Assembly: GCA_017522445.1 (NCBI GenBank)
Contig: JAFWZK010000058.1
Coordinates: 2,281-66,280, forward strand
Length of the DNA stretch: 64,000 nt
DNA from: Alphaproteobacteria bacterium
GTDB lineage: Bacteria > Pseudomonadota > Alphaproteobacteria > Rs-D84
Direction of reading: 5' to 3'
Of the stretch, positions 17,865 to 27,059 are shown piece by piece. A program made the position numbers and the translations under genes. Within the stretch, counting starts at the first letter, position 1. Each line of letters starts with the position of its first letter. The notes under the pieces were generated by a model that was not told the DNA's origin, did no database searches, and was given only the letters and a program-made list of their open reading frames with translations.

Positions 17865-19658
17865 ATGTCAAAAAAAATATACGTGGATGCAGTCCACCCA
17901 GAAGAAACACGTGTTGTTGTTGTTGATACTGCAACAAATCGTGTCGCGGACTTTGACGTTGAAACCACAACAAAACCACAAATCAAAGGCAATATCTATC
18001 TGGCCAAGGTTATTCGTGTGGAACCGTCTTTACAGGCCGCATTCGTTGATTATGGCACAGGAAAAAATGGTTTTCTGCCGTTTTCAGAAATTCATCCAGA
18101 CTATTACCAGGTCAGTGCAGAACAAAAGAAAAAGTTGCTGGAACTGGCACATGCAAATATCGTCGATGATGATGATGACCCAAATGACGAAGAAGACGAA
18201 GTCGCAGAATATGATGACCACAGTGCAGGCGAAGATAACAAAGAGTTCGCAAAACGTGCACGGGAATTTAAAATCCAGGACGTTATCAAACCAAAACAAA
18301 TACTGCTGATTCAAGGTGTCAAGGAAGAGCGCGGTCAAAAAGGTGCGTCAATGACAACATATCTGTCGTTGGCGGGACGGTTTGCCGTATTGATGCCTAA
18401 TTCACGCAAAAGAAACAGCTATGGTATTTCCAAGAAAATTTCTGACAAGGCAGAACGTGCCAGATTGCGCGAGATTCTGCATGAACTGAAAATACCAAAG
18501 GGAATGACCGTTGTTCTGCGTACGGCGGCAATGGGGGCAACACCTGCGGATATTACGGCAGACTATGAGTACCTGGTAAACCTGTGGAATGAAATTCGCA
18601 AAACAACACTGGAATCGGTCGCACCCGTTACAATTCATACCGAAGATTCTCTGCTGAGACGCGTTGTGCGTGACTTTGTCAGTGATAAAGAGGATGTTCT
18701 GATTATCCAGGGCGAAGATGCATACGATGCCGCCAAACAATATTTCCAGCAAATGTACGGCAAGGCACCACGTAAACAGTTGGTACACTATAAAGACACA
18801 GCTGTGCCATTGATGGTCAAGGCCGGGGTAGAAAAACAACTGGAAGGATTGCACGGTCCATACGTGACACTGCCATCTGGGGGATCGCTGGTTATCAACC
18901 AGACCGAAGCAATGGTGACAATTGATGTTAACTCGTCCAGGGCAATCAAAGAAAAAGATATCGAACAGACCGCACTGAATACCAACCTGGAAGCCGCAGA
19001 GGAAATCGCACTGCAGTTGCGTCTGCGTGATTTGGCAGGTATCGTGGCGGTTGACTTTATCGATATGGAAGAAGAAAAAAATAACCGTAAACTGGAAATG
19101 AAAATGCGCGAGGTTATGAAACGTGACCGTGCACGCACCCAGGTGGCAAAAATTAATAACTTTGGGGTGCTGATGCTGTCACGACAAAGATTGCGCAGCA
19201 GCTTTATGGAATCGTCGTATGTGGCATGTCCACACTGTATGGGGGCCGGGGTTGTGCCATCAATTCAGACGGCGGCAGTTATCCTGTTCAGACATTTACA
19301 GGAAAAACTGCTGGCTAAATCTGCACAAAAAATAATCATGACAGTGCCAACAGATGTCGCAATCTATTTGCTGAACCATAAACGGGCAGAACTGGCCGAG
19401 ATGGAGGCAAAGTTCGAAACAGAAATCGTTATCGTGGGTGATGACAGCCTAATGAATATTGACCAATATTCTATCCAGCGGGTCGCACCAGAACAAAATA
19501 AAACAGACGAACTGTTGAATGCGTATGCACCGTCGACAGATGTTAAAAAGAAAAATGCCCAGCATATAGATGCAAAAAAAACAACTGTTAACGCACAACG
19601 CAGAAAACGTAAAAAACAGCAAAAGAAAAAAACATTCTGGCAAAAGCTGGTCAGCTAG
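17865..19658 (+). CDS. rne: ribonuclease E/G family protein (RNase E-like)
   Basis: S1 domain start MSKKIYVDAVHPEETRVVVVD, an acidic insertion, the CPHCMGAGV zinc-link and a Lys/Arg-rich tail. Start refined to ATG 17865. Confidence 0.88.
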   Translation: MSKKIYVDAVHPEETRVVVVDTATNRVADFDVETTTKPQIKGNIYLAKVIRVEPSLQAAFVDYGTGKNGFLPFSEIHPDYYQVSAEQKKKLLELAHANIVDDDDDPNDEEDEVAEYDDHSAGEDNKEFAKRAREFKIQDVIKPKQILLIQGVKEERGQKGASMTTYLSLAGRFAVLMPNSRKRNSYGISKKISDKAERARLREILHELKIPKGMTVVLRTAAMGATPADITADYEYLVNLWNEIRKTTLESVAPVTIHTEDSLLRRVVRDFVSDKEDVLIIQGEDAYDAAKQYFQQMYGKAPRKQLVHYKDTAVPLMVKAGVEKQLEGLHGPYVTLPSGGSLVINQTEAMVTIDVNSSRAIKEKDIEQTALNTNLEAAEEIALQLRLRDLAGIVAVDFIDMEEEKNNRKLEMKMREVMKRDRARTQVAKINNFGVLMLSRQRLRSSFMESSYVACPHCMGAGVVPSIQTAAVILFRHLQEKLLAKSAQKIIMTVPTDVAIYLLNHKRAELAEMEAKFETEIVIVGDDSLMNIDQYSIQRVAPEQNKTDELLNAYAPSTDVKKKNAQHIDAKKTTVNAQRRKRKKQQKKKTFWQKLVS

Positions 19659-19663
19659 GCAAA

Positions 19664-19695
19664 AAATCCCCAATTTATGGGGATTTTATTTTTGA
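19664..19695 (+). terminator. intrinsic terminator after rne
   Basis: ATCCCC-AATTTAT-GGGGAT hairpin followed by a T-rich tract. Confidence 0.7.
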
Positions 19696-19767
19696 ATACT
19701 TGACTGAATATGAATTTACTTTTATCATACCCCTGATAGTAAGTATAATTTAAGGATTTAAATAAAT

Positions 19768-20874
19768 ATGCCAAAAATTTCAGTGATTGTACCATGTTAT
19801 AATGTAGCGCCTTATGTTGGGGCGTGCCTGGATTCCATCTTGTCACAATCTTTGCGTGATATTGAAATAATTTGCGTGAATGACAAATCATCGGACAACA
19901 CATTAGATGTATTGACAGAATATGCACAAAAAGATAGTCGCATAAAGATTATTAATCAGCCAACAAATATGGGGGTGGCAGTTGCACGCAACACAGCCAT
20001 GGATATGGCAACGGGCGACTTTATTTCATTCATGGATGCGGATGACATGTTGCCTGATGATGATGTTCTGGCGGATATGTATAATGCAGCGATAAAACAT
20101 GACGTGAAAATCTGTGGTGGGTCTGTTATCATGTGGAACCCAAACACAGATACCGAAGAAACTCATAATTTAACGGTCAGCAAGTTCAACGAAAATACAA
20201 TCATGCACTATGCAGAATGGCCAAATGATTATGGTTTCTGGCGGTTTATTTATGATAGACAATGGCTGATTGAAAACAAAATTTATTTCCCAAAATATAT
20301 TCGCCAGGAAGACCCAGTGTTCTTTGTTCGTGCAATGTGTCTGGCGGGTAAATTCTATGCGTTAAAACGTCCAACATACAAATATCGCATATCATATAAA
20401 CCCATAAACTGGACCAATCAAACAATCAAGGATGTTTTTTGTGGTCTGCGTGATTGTCTGAATATTGCACGCGGATATAAGATGCACGATTTATATCTAA
20501 ACATAGCAGAACACACAAACCACTTTATTGCAGGCATTCGCGCCATTGACAGAAAAACAGCAATCCGTGAAATATGCGATGTAATTGAAATGCTGGCGGA
20601 TTATGCGCCGAATGATTTTGTGCCGGATAAGTTCTTTTTAGATATTGTAAAGTTCCACAGATATCGTGTGTATGATAAGTATGCACATGAAATGATTGCC
20701 AGCAAGCGTATCTATCTGTTTAATCTGATACCAATTTGTCGTATTAAAACCACCAGATTATTTACGTATGTGCAACTGTTAGACCTTGTGCCATTGTTAC
20801 GTATCCGTCGTGACAGTCGTGCGACACGATATTATTTATTCAACCTGATTCCATTACTAAAAATCAAGGGGTAA
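19768..20874 (+). CDS. family 2 glycosyltransferase with a repeated C-terminal peptide motif
   Basis: MPKISVIVPCYNVAPYV...VNDKSSDNT GT2 N-terminus. The C-terminus carries YLFNLIPICRIK / LLDLVPLLRIR / YLFNLIPLLKIK repeats. Confidence 0.85.
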   Translation: MPKISVIVPCYNVAPYVGACLDSILSQSLRDIEIICVNDKSSDNTLDVLTEYAQKDSRIKIINQPTNMGVAVARNTAMDMATGDFISFMDADDMLPDDDVLADMYNAAIKHDVKICGGSVIMWNPNTDTEETHNLTVSKFNENTIMHYAEWPNDYGFWRFIYDRQWLIENKIYFPKYIRQEDPVFFVRAMCLAGKFYALKRPTYKYRISYKPINWTNQTIKDVFCGLRDCLNIARGYKMHDLYLNIAEHTNHFIAGIRAIDRKTAIREICDVIEMLADYAPNDFVPDKFFLDIVKFHRYRVYDKYAHEMIASKRIYLFNLIPICRIKTTRLFTYVQLLDLVPLLRIRRDSRATRYYLFNLIPLLKIKG

Positions 20875-20877
20875 TGC

Positions 20878-22821
20878 ATGCCAAAAATATCGGTTATTGT
20901 TCCTATTTATAATGTAGAAAAATATATATCCACGTGTCTGGAATCTTTGTTAAATCAGACATTATCAGATATTGAAATTATTTGTGTTGATGATTGTGGT
21001 ACAGATGAATCAATGCGAATTGTAAAAAAAATCGCTAAAACAGATAAACGAATCAAAATCATTCACAATGAACAAAACAGTGGCCTGTCTGAAAGTCGCA
21101 ATAACGGAATGAAGTGTGCAACTGCACCATATATTATGTTCTGCGATTCCGATGACTGGTTTGCACCAGATATGTGCGAAAAAATGTACAACGCAATTAC
21201 CGCAGATGGGGCAGATTTGGCAATTTGCGGAACCGAAGTTATATATGAGGCAGACCATAACAGAAAGGAAAGTGATGATAACTACTTTGCAATTCGGCAC
21301 ACAGGAACAGTTGAACTGACCCAAGATATCCAAAATACATATTCTGTATGCGCATGGAATAAAATCTATAGACGCGATATAATTGAACAGCATGATGTAA
21401 AGTTTCCGCGTGGTCTGAAATACGAAGATAACTATTTTTATAATGCATATTGCCTGTGGGTAAACAAGACAGCGTTTATCAATGATAAACTGTATAAATA
21501 TCGCAGACGCACGGGTTCAATTATGAATAATACATATGGAAACAAAGTTCTGAATCTGGATACAATAAAAATTGCGATTGCATGGTTTGAATATGCCAAA
21601 ACATATGGGAAACTAAATAAAAAGTTAAATTGGTTTTGGGGCAAGTTCTTTTATGAATTAGTGTGCAATTCATTGGATTATTCCAGCAAGGACAATCACA
21701 AAAAATGCTATGAAACGGCACAAAAGTTTATCCAGGAAAATCTGGATATCACAATACTGGACAATCATGCAAGACGAAATATCGCACAGATTATGCACCG
21801 CACAATAAAGCCACGACGTATGCTGGGTGGACTGATAAAAATCCAAACAACACCAGATGAAACATTCCTGCGTGTGTTTGGGATTAAGGTTGTCAGGGCA
21901 AGATATGACACGTATAAGACAAAGTATTATCTGATGGGGATGCGTGTGTTTCATAAATCACCAACTGCAAAAATTGATATTCCCGAATTGATAAACAAAC
22001 CAGATTTTGACGATACAAATCTGTTGAGAGAATTAAAAAATCTGGGACGGTTTACATACATTCCAAACCCAGGAAATATCGGTGATATGCTGATTGCGTC
22101 TGCGACATACGACTTTTTTGACCGCAACGGATTGAAATATCAGCCATATAATAAGCATAAAAAAATGCGCAAAAATATTGTCTATGGTGGTGGTGGAATC
22201 TGGACAGCTGATTACGAAAAAGATTGGTGCAAGTTTCTGCCTTGGTTCCAAAAGGCAGAGCGTGTTGTGATTCTGCCTGGCTCTTTTAACAACTGCCAAA
22301 AATTGATAGATATATTGGATGAAAGATTTGTGGTATTCTGTCGTGAAAAACGCAGTTATGATTATTTGCAGCAAGCAAATACAAAGGCAAAGATTTTGCT
22401 GGACCACGATATGGCGTTTAGGTTGAAACAGATGCCAAAGCATATGCGTATCACCGGCAAGGGTGCAACAGTATTAAAATCTGTTTCATTTCAATCTATT
22501 CCACAAACTGCATTTTTTATGCGTGTTGATCGTGAAAGTGCAGGAAAATATAAAACTGATTTGGACGTGTCAGATATTACATATGGGATGCATTATGACA
22601 AACGTGATTGGATTGATTTCTGTACAGGTTTAATGTTGGCGGTGGTGAATCGGGCGGATGTTGTTGTAACGGACCGACTGCACGTTGCAATTGCGGCACA
22701 TTTGTTGAACAAGCAGGTTTACATGTTGGACAACACATACGGCAAGTTGTCCGCAGTGTATGAACATTCAATGAAGCAATTTACAAATGTGCATTTCTGT
22801 TCTGAAATGCCGAAACTGTAA
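20878..22821 (+). CDS. fusion of a GT2 glycosyltransferase to a polysaccharide pyruvyl-transferase-like domain
   Basis: N-terminus MPKISVIVPIYNVEKYI...VDDCGTDES. The C-terminal half has IPNPGNIGDMLI and VVTDRLHVAIAA patterns typical of pyruvyl transferases. Confidence 0.75.
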   Translation: MPKISVIVPIYNVEKYISTCLESLLNQTLSDIEIICVDDCGTDESMRIVKKIAKTDKRIKIIHNEQNSGLSESRNNGMKCATAPYIMFCDSDDWFAPDMCEKMYNAITADGADLAICGTEVIYEADHNRKESDDNYFAIRHTGTVELTQDIQNTYSVCAWNKIYRRDIIEQHDVKFPRGLKYEDNYFYNAYCLWVNKTAFINDKLYKYRRRTGSIMNNTYGNKVLNLDTIKIAIAWFEYAKTYGKLNKKLNWFWGKFFYELVCNSLDYSSKDNHKKCYETAQKFIQENLDITILDNHARRNIAQIMHRTIKPRRMLGGLIKIQTTPDETFLRVFGIKVVRARYDTYKTKYYLMGMRVFHKSPTAKIDIPELINKPDFDDTNLLRELKNLGRFTYIPNPGNIGDMLIASATYDFFDRNGLKYQPYNKHKKMRKNIVYGGGGIWTADYEKDWCKFLPWFQKAERVVILPGSFNNCQKLIDILDERFVVFCREKRSYDYLQQANTKAKILLDHDMAFRLKQMPKHMRITGKGATVLKSVSFQSIPQTAFFMRVDRESAGKYKTDLDVSDITYGMHYDKRDWIDFCTGLMLAVVNRADVVVTDRLHVAIAAHLLNKQVYMLDNTYGKLSAVYEHSMKQFTNVHFCSEMPKL

Positions 22822-22839
22822 TTTTTTGGGAGGCGCTGT

Positions 22840-23934
22840 ATGCAAAAATTTCATAAATATGTAGATATAACAATCCCTGTAGAAGCATGTAATTTCCGTT
22901 GTCATTACTGCTATATATGGCAATGCAAGAATATGGACAGAAATAAAAGTGTCTTCAAATATTCTGCCGAGCATGTTGCCAAGGGGCTATCCAAGGAACG
23001 GCTTGGAGGCACATGCTTGATGAATGTTTGTGGTATTGGCGAAACATTGTTTTCGCAATTCACAATTGATTTAGCAAAACTTTTGTTGGAACAGGGGCAT
23101 TTTGTCATTATCGTAACAAACGGATGTGCCCAAGATAGCTCTTATGAACAATTGGCGAATTTCCCAGGTGAATTAAAACGCAGGCTGTTGGTAAAGTTTT
23201 CGTTCCACTATCTGGAACTAATGAGATTAAACTTGTTTGAAAAATACTGGCAACATGTTCATACAGTAAAAGATTCTGGTTGCTCTATTTCCATAGAGTT
23301 TTGCCCCTCTGATGAGGCAATGCCATATAAAGAAGACATCAAAACCATGTGCCTTAACGAGGTAGGCGCATTACCACATGTAACAAACGCACGTGTAAAT
23401 ACCAGCAAAGAATTTGAACTGATGACAAAATTGTCCGTTGAAGAATATAAAGCCTTTTGGAGTGATTTCTGCAGCGAAATGTTTGATATAAAAATTGAAT
23501 CTTTTGCTAAAAAACACTCTACCTTTTGTTATGCGGGGGACTGGTCTGTCTATCTAAACGCAGGAACAGGACATATGTTCCAATGCCATTGTGGAGAAAC
23601 AATATCTGACGACGTATTTCAAGATATAAATAAACCATTCCCAACAAAAACTGTGGGACAGTGCCGTGCGCCATACTGCATAAATGCTCATTGCGGAATG
23701 TGTATGGGATGTTTGCCAGATGTTGATGTTCAAACATTCTGTTCAACACGTGATCGTGTTTGCGCCGATGGGACACATTGGCTGTCGCCGGAATGGATAG
23801 AGTTCAGTTCACAAAAACTGTATGATAACAACCCACGATTGCCCGCAGAAGAAGAACAAAAAATCATGCAGTTATCAAAAAGAAAAAAGCACAACCATTC
23901 GTTTTGGTGGCATGTGCGACACTTTAAGTTCTGA
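22840..23934 (+). CDS. radical SAM protein with a Cys-rich C-terminal domain
   Basis: CNFRCHYC (CxxxCxxC) near the N-terminus. Additional clusters CYAGD..QCHCG..CRAPYCINAHCGMCMGC resemble SPASM/twitch auxiliary-cluster regions. Confidence 0.8.
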   Translation: MQKFHKYVDITIPVEACNFRCHYCYIWQCKNMDRNKSVFKYSAEHVAKGLSKERLGGTCLMNVCGIGETLFSQFTIDLAKLLLEQGHFVIIVTNGCAQDSSYEQLANFPGELKRRLLVKFSFHYLELMRLNLFEKYWQHVHTVKDSGCSISIEFCPSDEAMPYKEDIKTMCLNEVGALPHVTNARVNTSKEFELMTKLSVEEYKAFWSDFCSEMFDIKIESFAKKHSTFCYAGDWSVYLNAGTGHMFQCHCGETISDDVFQDINKPFPTKTVGQCRAPYCINAHCGMCMGCLPDVDVQTFCSTRDRVCADGTHWLSPEWIEFSSQKLYDNNPRLPAEEEQKIMQLSKRKKHNHSFWWHVRHFKF

Positions 23935-23935
23935 T

Positions 23936-23966
23936 TAAAAAACCTGGGGTGACGCCCCAGGTTTTT
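23936..23966. terminator. bidirectional terminator between the radical SAM gene and the phage-like cluster
   Basis: A-run, CCTGGGG-TGACG-CCCCAGG, then T-run, between convergent genes. Confidence 0.75.
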
Positions 23967-24456
23967 ATTCGGCGGACATGCCATATGCAACCCACATACC
24001 AGACATGTCCATCACCCAAGTATGCCATGTGTCGGCAATCTGGGTTCTGTGTCCAGAAAAACCAGTGGTTGTTATGTCGTATATGTTGATTGTAACTGCA
24101 CATATAGTTGCTGAGTCGCTAGACGATATGCTGACTGTTGGCGGTACCGCAAATGCTACGGGAAAATTTACACTGCGTCCTGATAATCGTCCACCCTGTT
24201 CCACCCAACCACTGCGATATTTGCGATACCATGTATAGTTGTTTTCAGATGTCGGCATTTGCCAGGCAATCACATAATCTGCCCCAGACATATCGGTAAT
24301 CGCATCTGCACGCGCCATTGGTGTGCCACCAGGTGTCGTGCCGTCGTGTACGCGAAGTGTGTTGTTCGTGGTGTCAACCGTTATTTCACCAACGGCACCT
24401 GTAAAGTTTTCGTGTTCGGCGGCCGTTCCACGCCGAAATTGTATTTGTCGTGACAT
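23965..24456 (-). CDS. tail fibre protein
   Basis: N-terminus IQFRRGTAAEHENFTGAVGEITVDTTNNTLRVHDGTTPGG is the widespread fibre N-terminal (Mtd_N-type) pattern. The C-terminus YTWYRKYRSGWVEQGG...VNFPVAF is a common fibre-tip pattern. Confidence 0.75.
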   Translation of the reverse strand: MSRQIQFRRGTAAEHENFTGAVGEITVDTTNNTLRVHDGTTPGGTPMARADAITDMSGADYVIAWQMPTSENNYTWYRKYRSGWVEQGGRLSGRSVNFPVAFAVPPTVSISSSDSATICAVTINIYDITTTGFSGHRTQIADTWHTWVMDMSGMWVAYGMSAE

Positions 24457-24484
24457 AAGAATATATTCCTTTGGTTATAAATAG

Positions 24485-24721
24485 TTATTTGATAACTGCA
24501 CCCTTAATCAGGGTCAGGTCTTCTTTGATATCGTCAATCTTGATTTGTATCTGGCCGATACCTGTTTCCAATATCGTTGTCCGATTTTCCAGCGATGTTA
24601 TGCGGGTGTCAAAACTTTCGTGTTCGGCAACAGATAAATCTTGGCGGGCCGCCCAATAGACCAGCCCACCAATGAAAACAATCAAAAACCAACTGTTACG
24701 AAGAAAATCTAGGATGTTCAT
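24485..24721 (-). CDS. small membrane-anchored coiled-coil protein (phage-type)
   Basis: N-terminal TM helix WFLIVFIGGLVYWAA followed by a heptad-like region. 4-nt overlap with the upstream gene. Confidence 0.5.
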   Translation of the reverse strand: MNILDFLRNSWFLIVFIGGLVYWAARQDLSVAEHESFDTRITSLENRTTILETGIGQIQIKIDDIKEDLTLIKGAVIK

Positions 24722-24921
24722 GACTTGTCCCCCCTGCCCCGTGAAATCAGTGATTCTATCTGACGAACCAGGGCACGTTGGGATTCAAGCCAGCGCAACT
24801 CGTTATCTGTGGCGTTCGGCCCCAGGGTGCGAGAAATAGTTATTTTCCGCAGGTAATCCAATACCTGCCCACCCGATGGCGTGCCAAAACAACGGGCAAA
24901 ACTTTGTTCAATTTCTGTCAC
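24718..24921 (-). CDS. small conserved portal-adjacent phage protein (Bbp19-like pattern)
   Basis: FGTPSGGQVLDYLRKITISRTLGPNATDNELRWLESQRALV resembles, from memory, the small proteins encoded next to portals of BPP-1-like podoviruses. Confidence 0.45.
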   Translation of the reverse strand: MTEIEQSFARCFGTPSGGQVLDYLRKITISRTLGPNATDNELRWLESQRALVRQIESLISRGRGDKS

Positions 24922-26159
24922 AGCGCATCACCCCCCAGTACACTTTCAATTGCTGTCATCTGGGCAATCGGGGCAATGTATTTTAATTCTGCATCGCCAT
25001 TTAGCTGGATTGGTGCTATCAAACCGCGGCGTGCCAATATCTGTAATCCACGGTCGCATAATGGACGAATAAACTCGTGCAATAAACGGCCATAGGTCGC
25101 ACCCAATATTCGCATCATGTCTGCATTGCGGGCCATGATTTCAGTGGCGGTCATTTCTTTTTCAGACAGCAATCCCAATCGGTCCGCCAACATGGCATGA
25201 CGAATGCGTTCACGTAAATCTTTCAGTATTAACTGGGATACGTCAAAGTTGGCAGCACTGTTCAATGGGGTCAAACCTGTTGAACCCACCGCCTTGGGGA
25301 TAATCGCCCCAGGGGTCAGGTTGATATTGTTCAGGTTAATCACACCATCATCGTCTGCCTGCCAGATGCCGGTAACCGCAATAGTTGCATTTTTTAAAAC
25401 CAGTTCAACAACCTTGTTCGCGGTTTTTATGTCCGGTAATGCACGCAGTACAGGTCCACGACCGTATAACTCGCCAGATGCCAATGACCAACGAAAGATT
25501 ATGTATGGATTCGTTTCAAATGTGCCACGGGACACAATGTTGTTTTCCAGTTCCCCACCAACATCCAACCAGGCCGTGAATTCAGTACCAACCAAGCTTT
25601 GAACCAAATTTAATGGGGCGTTTGGATTCTGGGTTATCATGTCACGTATATTTGATGGTGGCGTCCAGGTGGGATAACGTTCCAGAACCTCGTACAGGGG
25701 GATGGATGTGGTATGAAAAACAGCATCCGGTAAAATCGCAATATCTGTCATAGGCACCGCTGTAAATGTAAAGGCAGAGGACGAACCAAGGGGGGCCTCG
25801 GCCATAAATAGGCATGCGGTGCCATTTATCACCAAATCCATATAGCACTGGTGTATCGTGGTGTAAAAATTGGAATCGTTCAAATTAGCACGCAAAACAG
25901 CGGTCGCAATGTCTGCGTTCTGGGACATTTCACTTTCGCCCACCAGTTGCAGCCATAATGATTCTGGCGGTGTCAGCAATGTATAAATAGATGCCGCCAG
26001 ATTGTCCGCCGCATCTGATGCCGTGGCATCGTACAGTGTGGCTGTGTCTGAATCTGTGGCAGGTATCGTATAACGACGGGCATCGTCCCAGCGTGTCAAC
26101 CAGGGGGAACGCATGTCCAATGCACGTTTATACAGGTTTTGCAGGTTGTTTGGTTGCAT
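24918..26159 (-). CDS. portal (head-to-tail connector) protein, T7 gp8-type
   Basis: 413 aa. The N-terminal pattern LYKRALDMRSPWLTRWDDARRYTIP...AADNLAASIYTLLTPP matches the podovirus connector family as I recall it. It lies directly downstream of the terminase. Confidence 0.7.
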   Translation of the reverse strand: MQPNNLQNLYKRALDMRSPWLTRWDDARRYTIPATDSDTATLYDATASDAADNLAASIYTLLTPPESLWLQLVGESEMSQNADIATAVLRANLNDSNFYTTIHQCYMDLVINGTACLFMAEAPLGSSSAFTFTAVPMTDIAILPDAVFHTTSIPLYEVLERYPTWTPPSNIRDMITQNPNAPLNLVQSLVGTEFTAWLDVGGELENNIVSRGTFETNPYIIFRWSLASGELYGRGPVLRALPDIKTANKVVELVLKNATIAVTGIWQADDDGVINLNNINLTPGAIIPKAVGSTGLTPLNSAANFDVSQLILKDLRERIRHAMLADRLGLLSEKEMTATEIMARNADMMRILGATYGRLLHEFIRPLCDRGLQILARRGLIAPIQLNGDAELKYIAPIAQMTAIESVLGGDAL

Positions 26160-26189
26160 AAAAAAACTCCTTTGTGTGTGTTTTGTTTG

Positions 26190-27059
26190 TTAAACCGTAA
26201 AGTTTGTGTTTGCAGAATATGTTGTAATGGCACGACCACTGGGACGTACAATAAATGGCGTGTGCGCTATTGCACCGGCAACCGCGTCCAGACCATCATC
26301 GTGCATGCCAGATACACCGGCCGGTGACCAACCCAACATTTCTGATAAAAATGGGGTCTGACGAATGCGCATGTGGGCGTGCAGGCGACCTGTTGATAAA
26401 ACGGGCTCGATTGCGGACAGGATGCGGTCCGATTTGCTGCGACTGTTCTGAATCTTTGTTATGCGTACAGTAAAACCACGAGTGGCAGCACAATTACGCA
26501 TAATCTCGGGCAAGCCGCCACCAATGCCGTTGGTTTCCAAAACCAGATTATGCAAATTGCGACGCGACATAAAATCTAATACCTGGTCACACTGGTGCGA
26601 CAAAGGATATTGGATGCCGTCCGATACTGTTAAATACAAAATGTCATCAATAAAAATATGACGACTGTTATCATCACGATACAACAATACACAGGCACTG
26701 TTGTCACGATTGCGGCGACCAGATGATGGGTCCCAATACAGCACATGACCCGTTATCGTAAAATCCCCAATACTTGCAGTTCGCGGATTAAACTCGTCAG
26801 AATAAAATATAAGCGAACCAGGATCCAGACGTGTTCGTTCGGGCGGTATAAATTCCAATAGCATCTGAGATGAAAAATGACGATGACCAACCAAAGTACG
26901 CATCTGTTCTATGCGGGCAGCAGAAAATAATTCAGGCCAGGCAGAGGTACCGTCCGCATTAACTAGCGGAATTTTCAGGACTTTGTACCCAGATAAAAAA
27001 GGCGTTGAAAAAGCATTTTTTTCATATACCATGGGCATAGAAGAAAAGGATTGTGACAT
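26190..27059 (-). CDS. terminase large subunit, C-terminal (nuclease) fragment
   Basis: WPELF..IEQMR...FSSQMLLEF, then WDPSSG...LETNGIGGG...MHDDGLDA (RNase-H-like nuclease signature). It lacks any Walker motif. A possible own start at ATG 27059 is preceded by AGGGG. Confidence 0.7.
   Translation of the reverse strand: MSQSFSSMPMVYEKNAFSTPFLSGYKVLKIPLVNADGTSAWPELFSAARIEQMRTLVGHRHFSSQMLLEFIPPERTRLDPGSLIFYSDEFNPRTASIGDFTITGHVLYWDPSSGRRNRDNSACVLLYRDDNSRHIFIDDILYLTVSDGIQYPLSHQCDQVLDFMSRRNLHNLVLETNGIGGGLPEIMRNCAATRGFTVRITKIQNSRSKSDRILSAIEPVLSTGRLHAHMRIRQTPFLSEMLGWSPAGVSGMHDDGLDAVAGAIAHTPFIVRPSGRAITTYSANTNFTV

Noticed and set aside
23965-24456. Diversity-generating retroelement, suggested by the Mtd_N-type fibre N-terminus
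   Set aside because: No reverse transcriptase gene is present, I could find no template/variable repeat pair near either fibre gene, and there is no C-type-lectin-like variable C-terminus.
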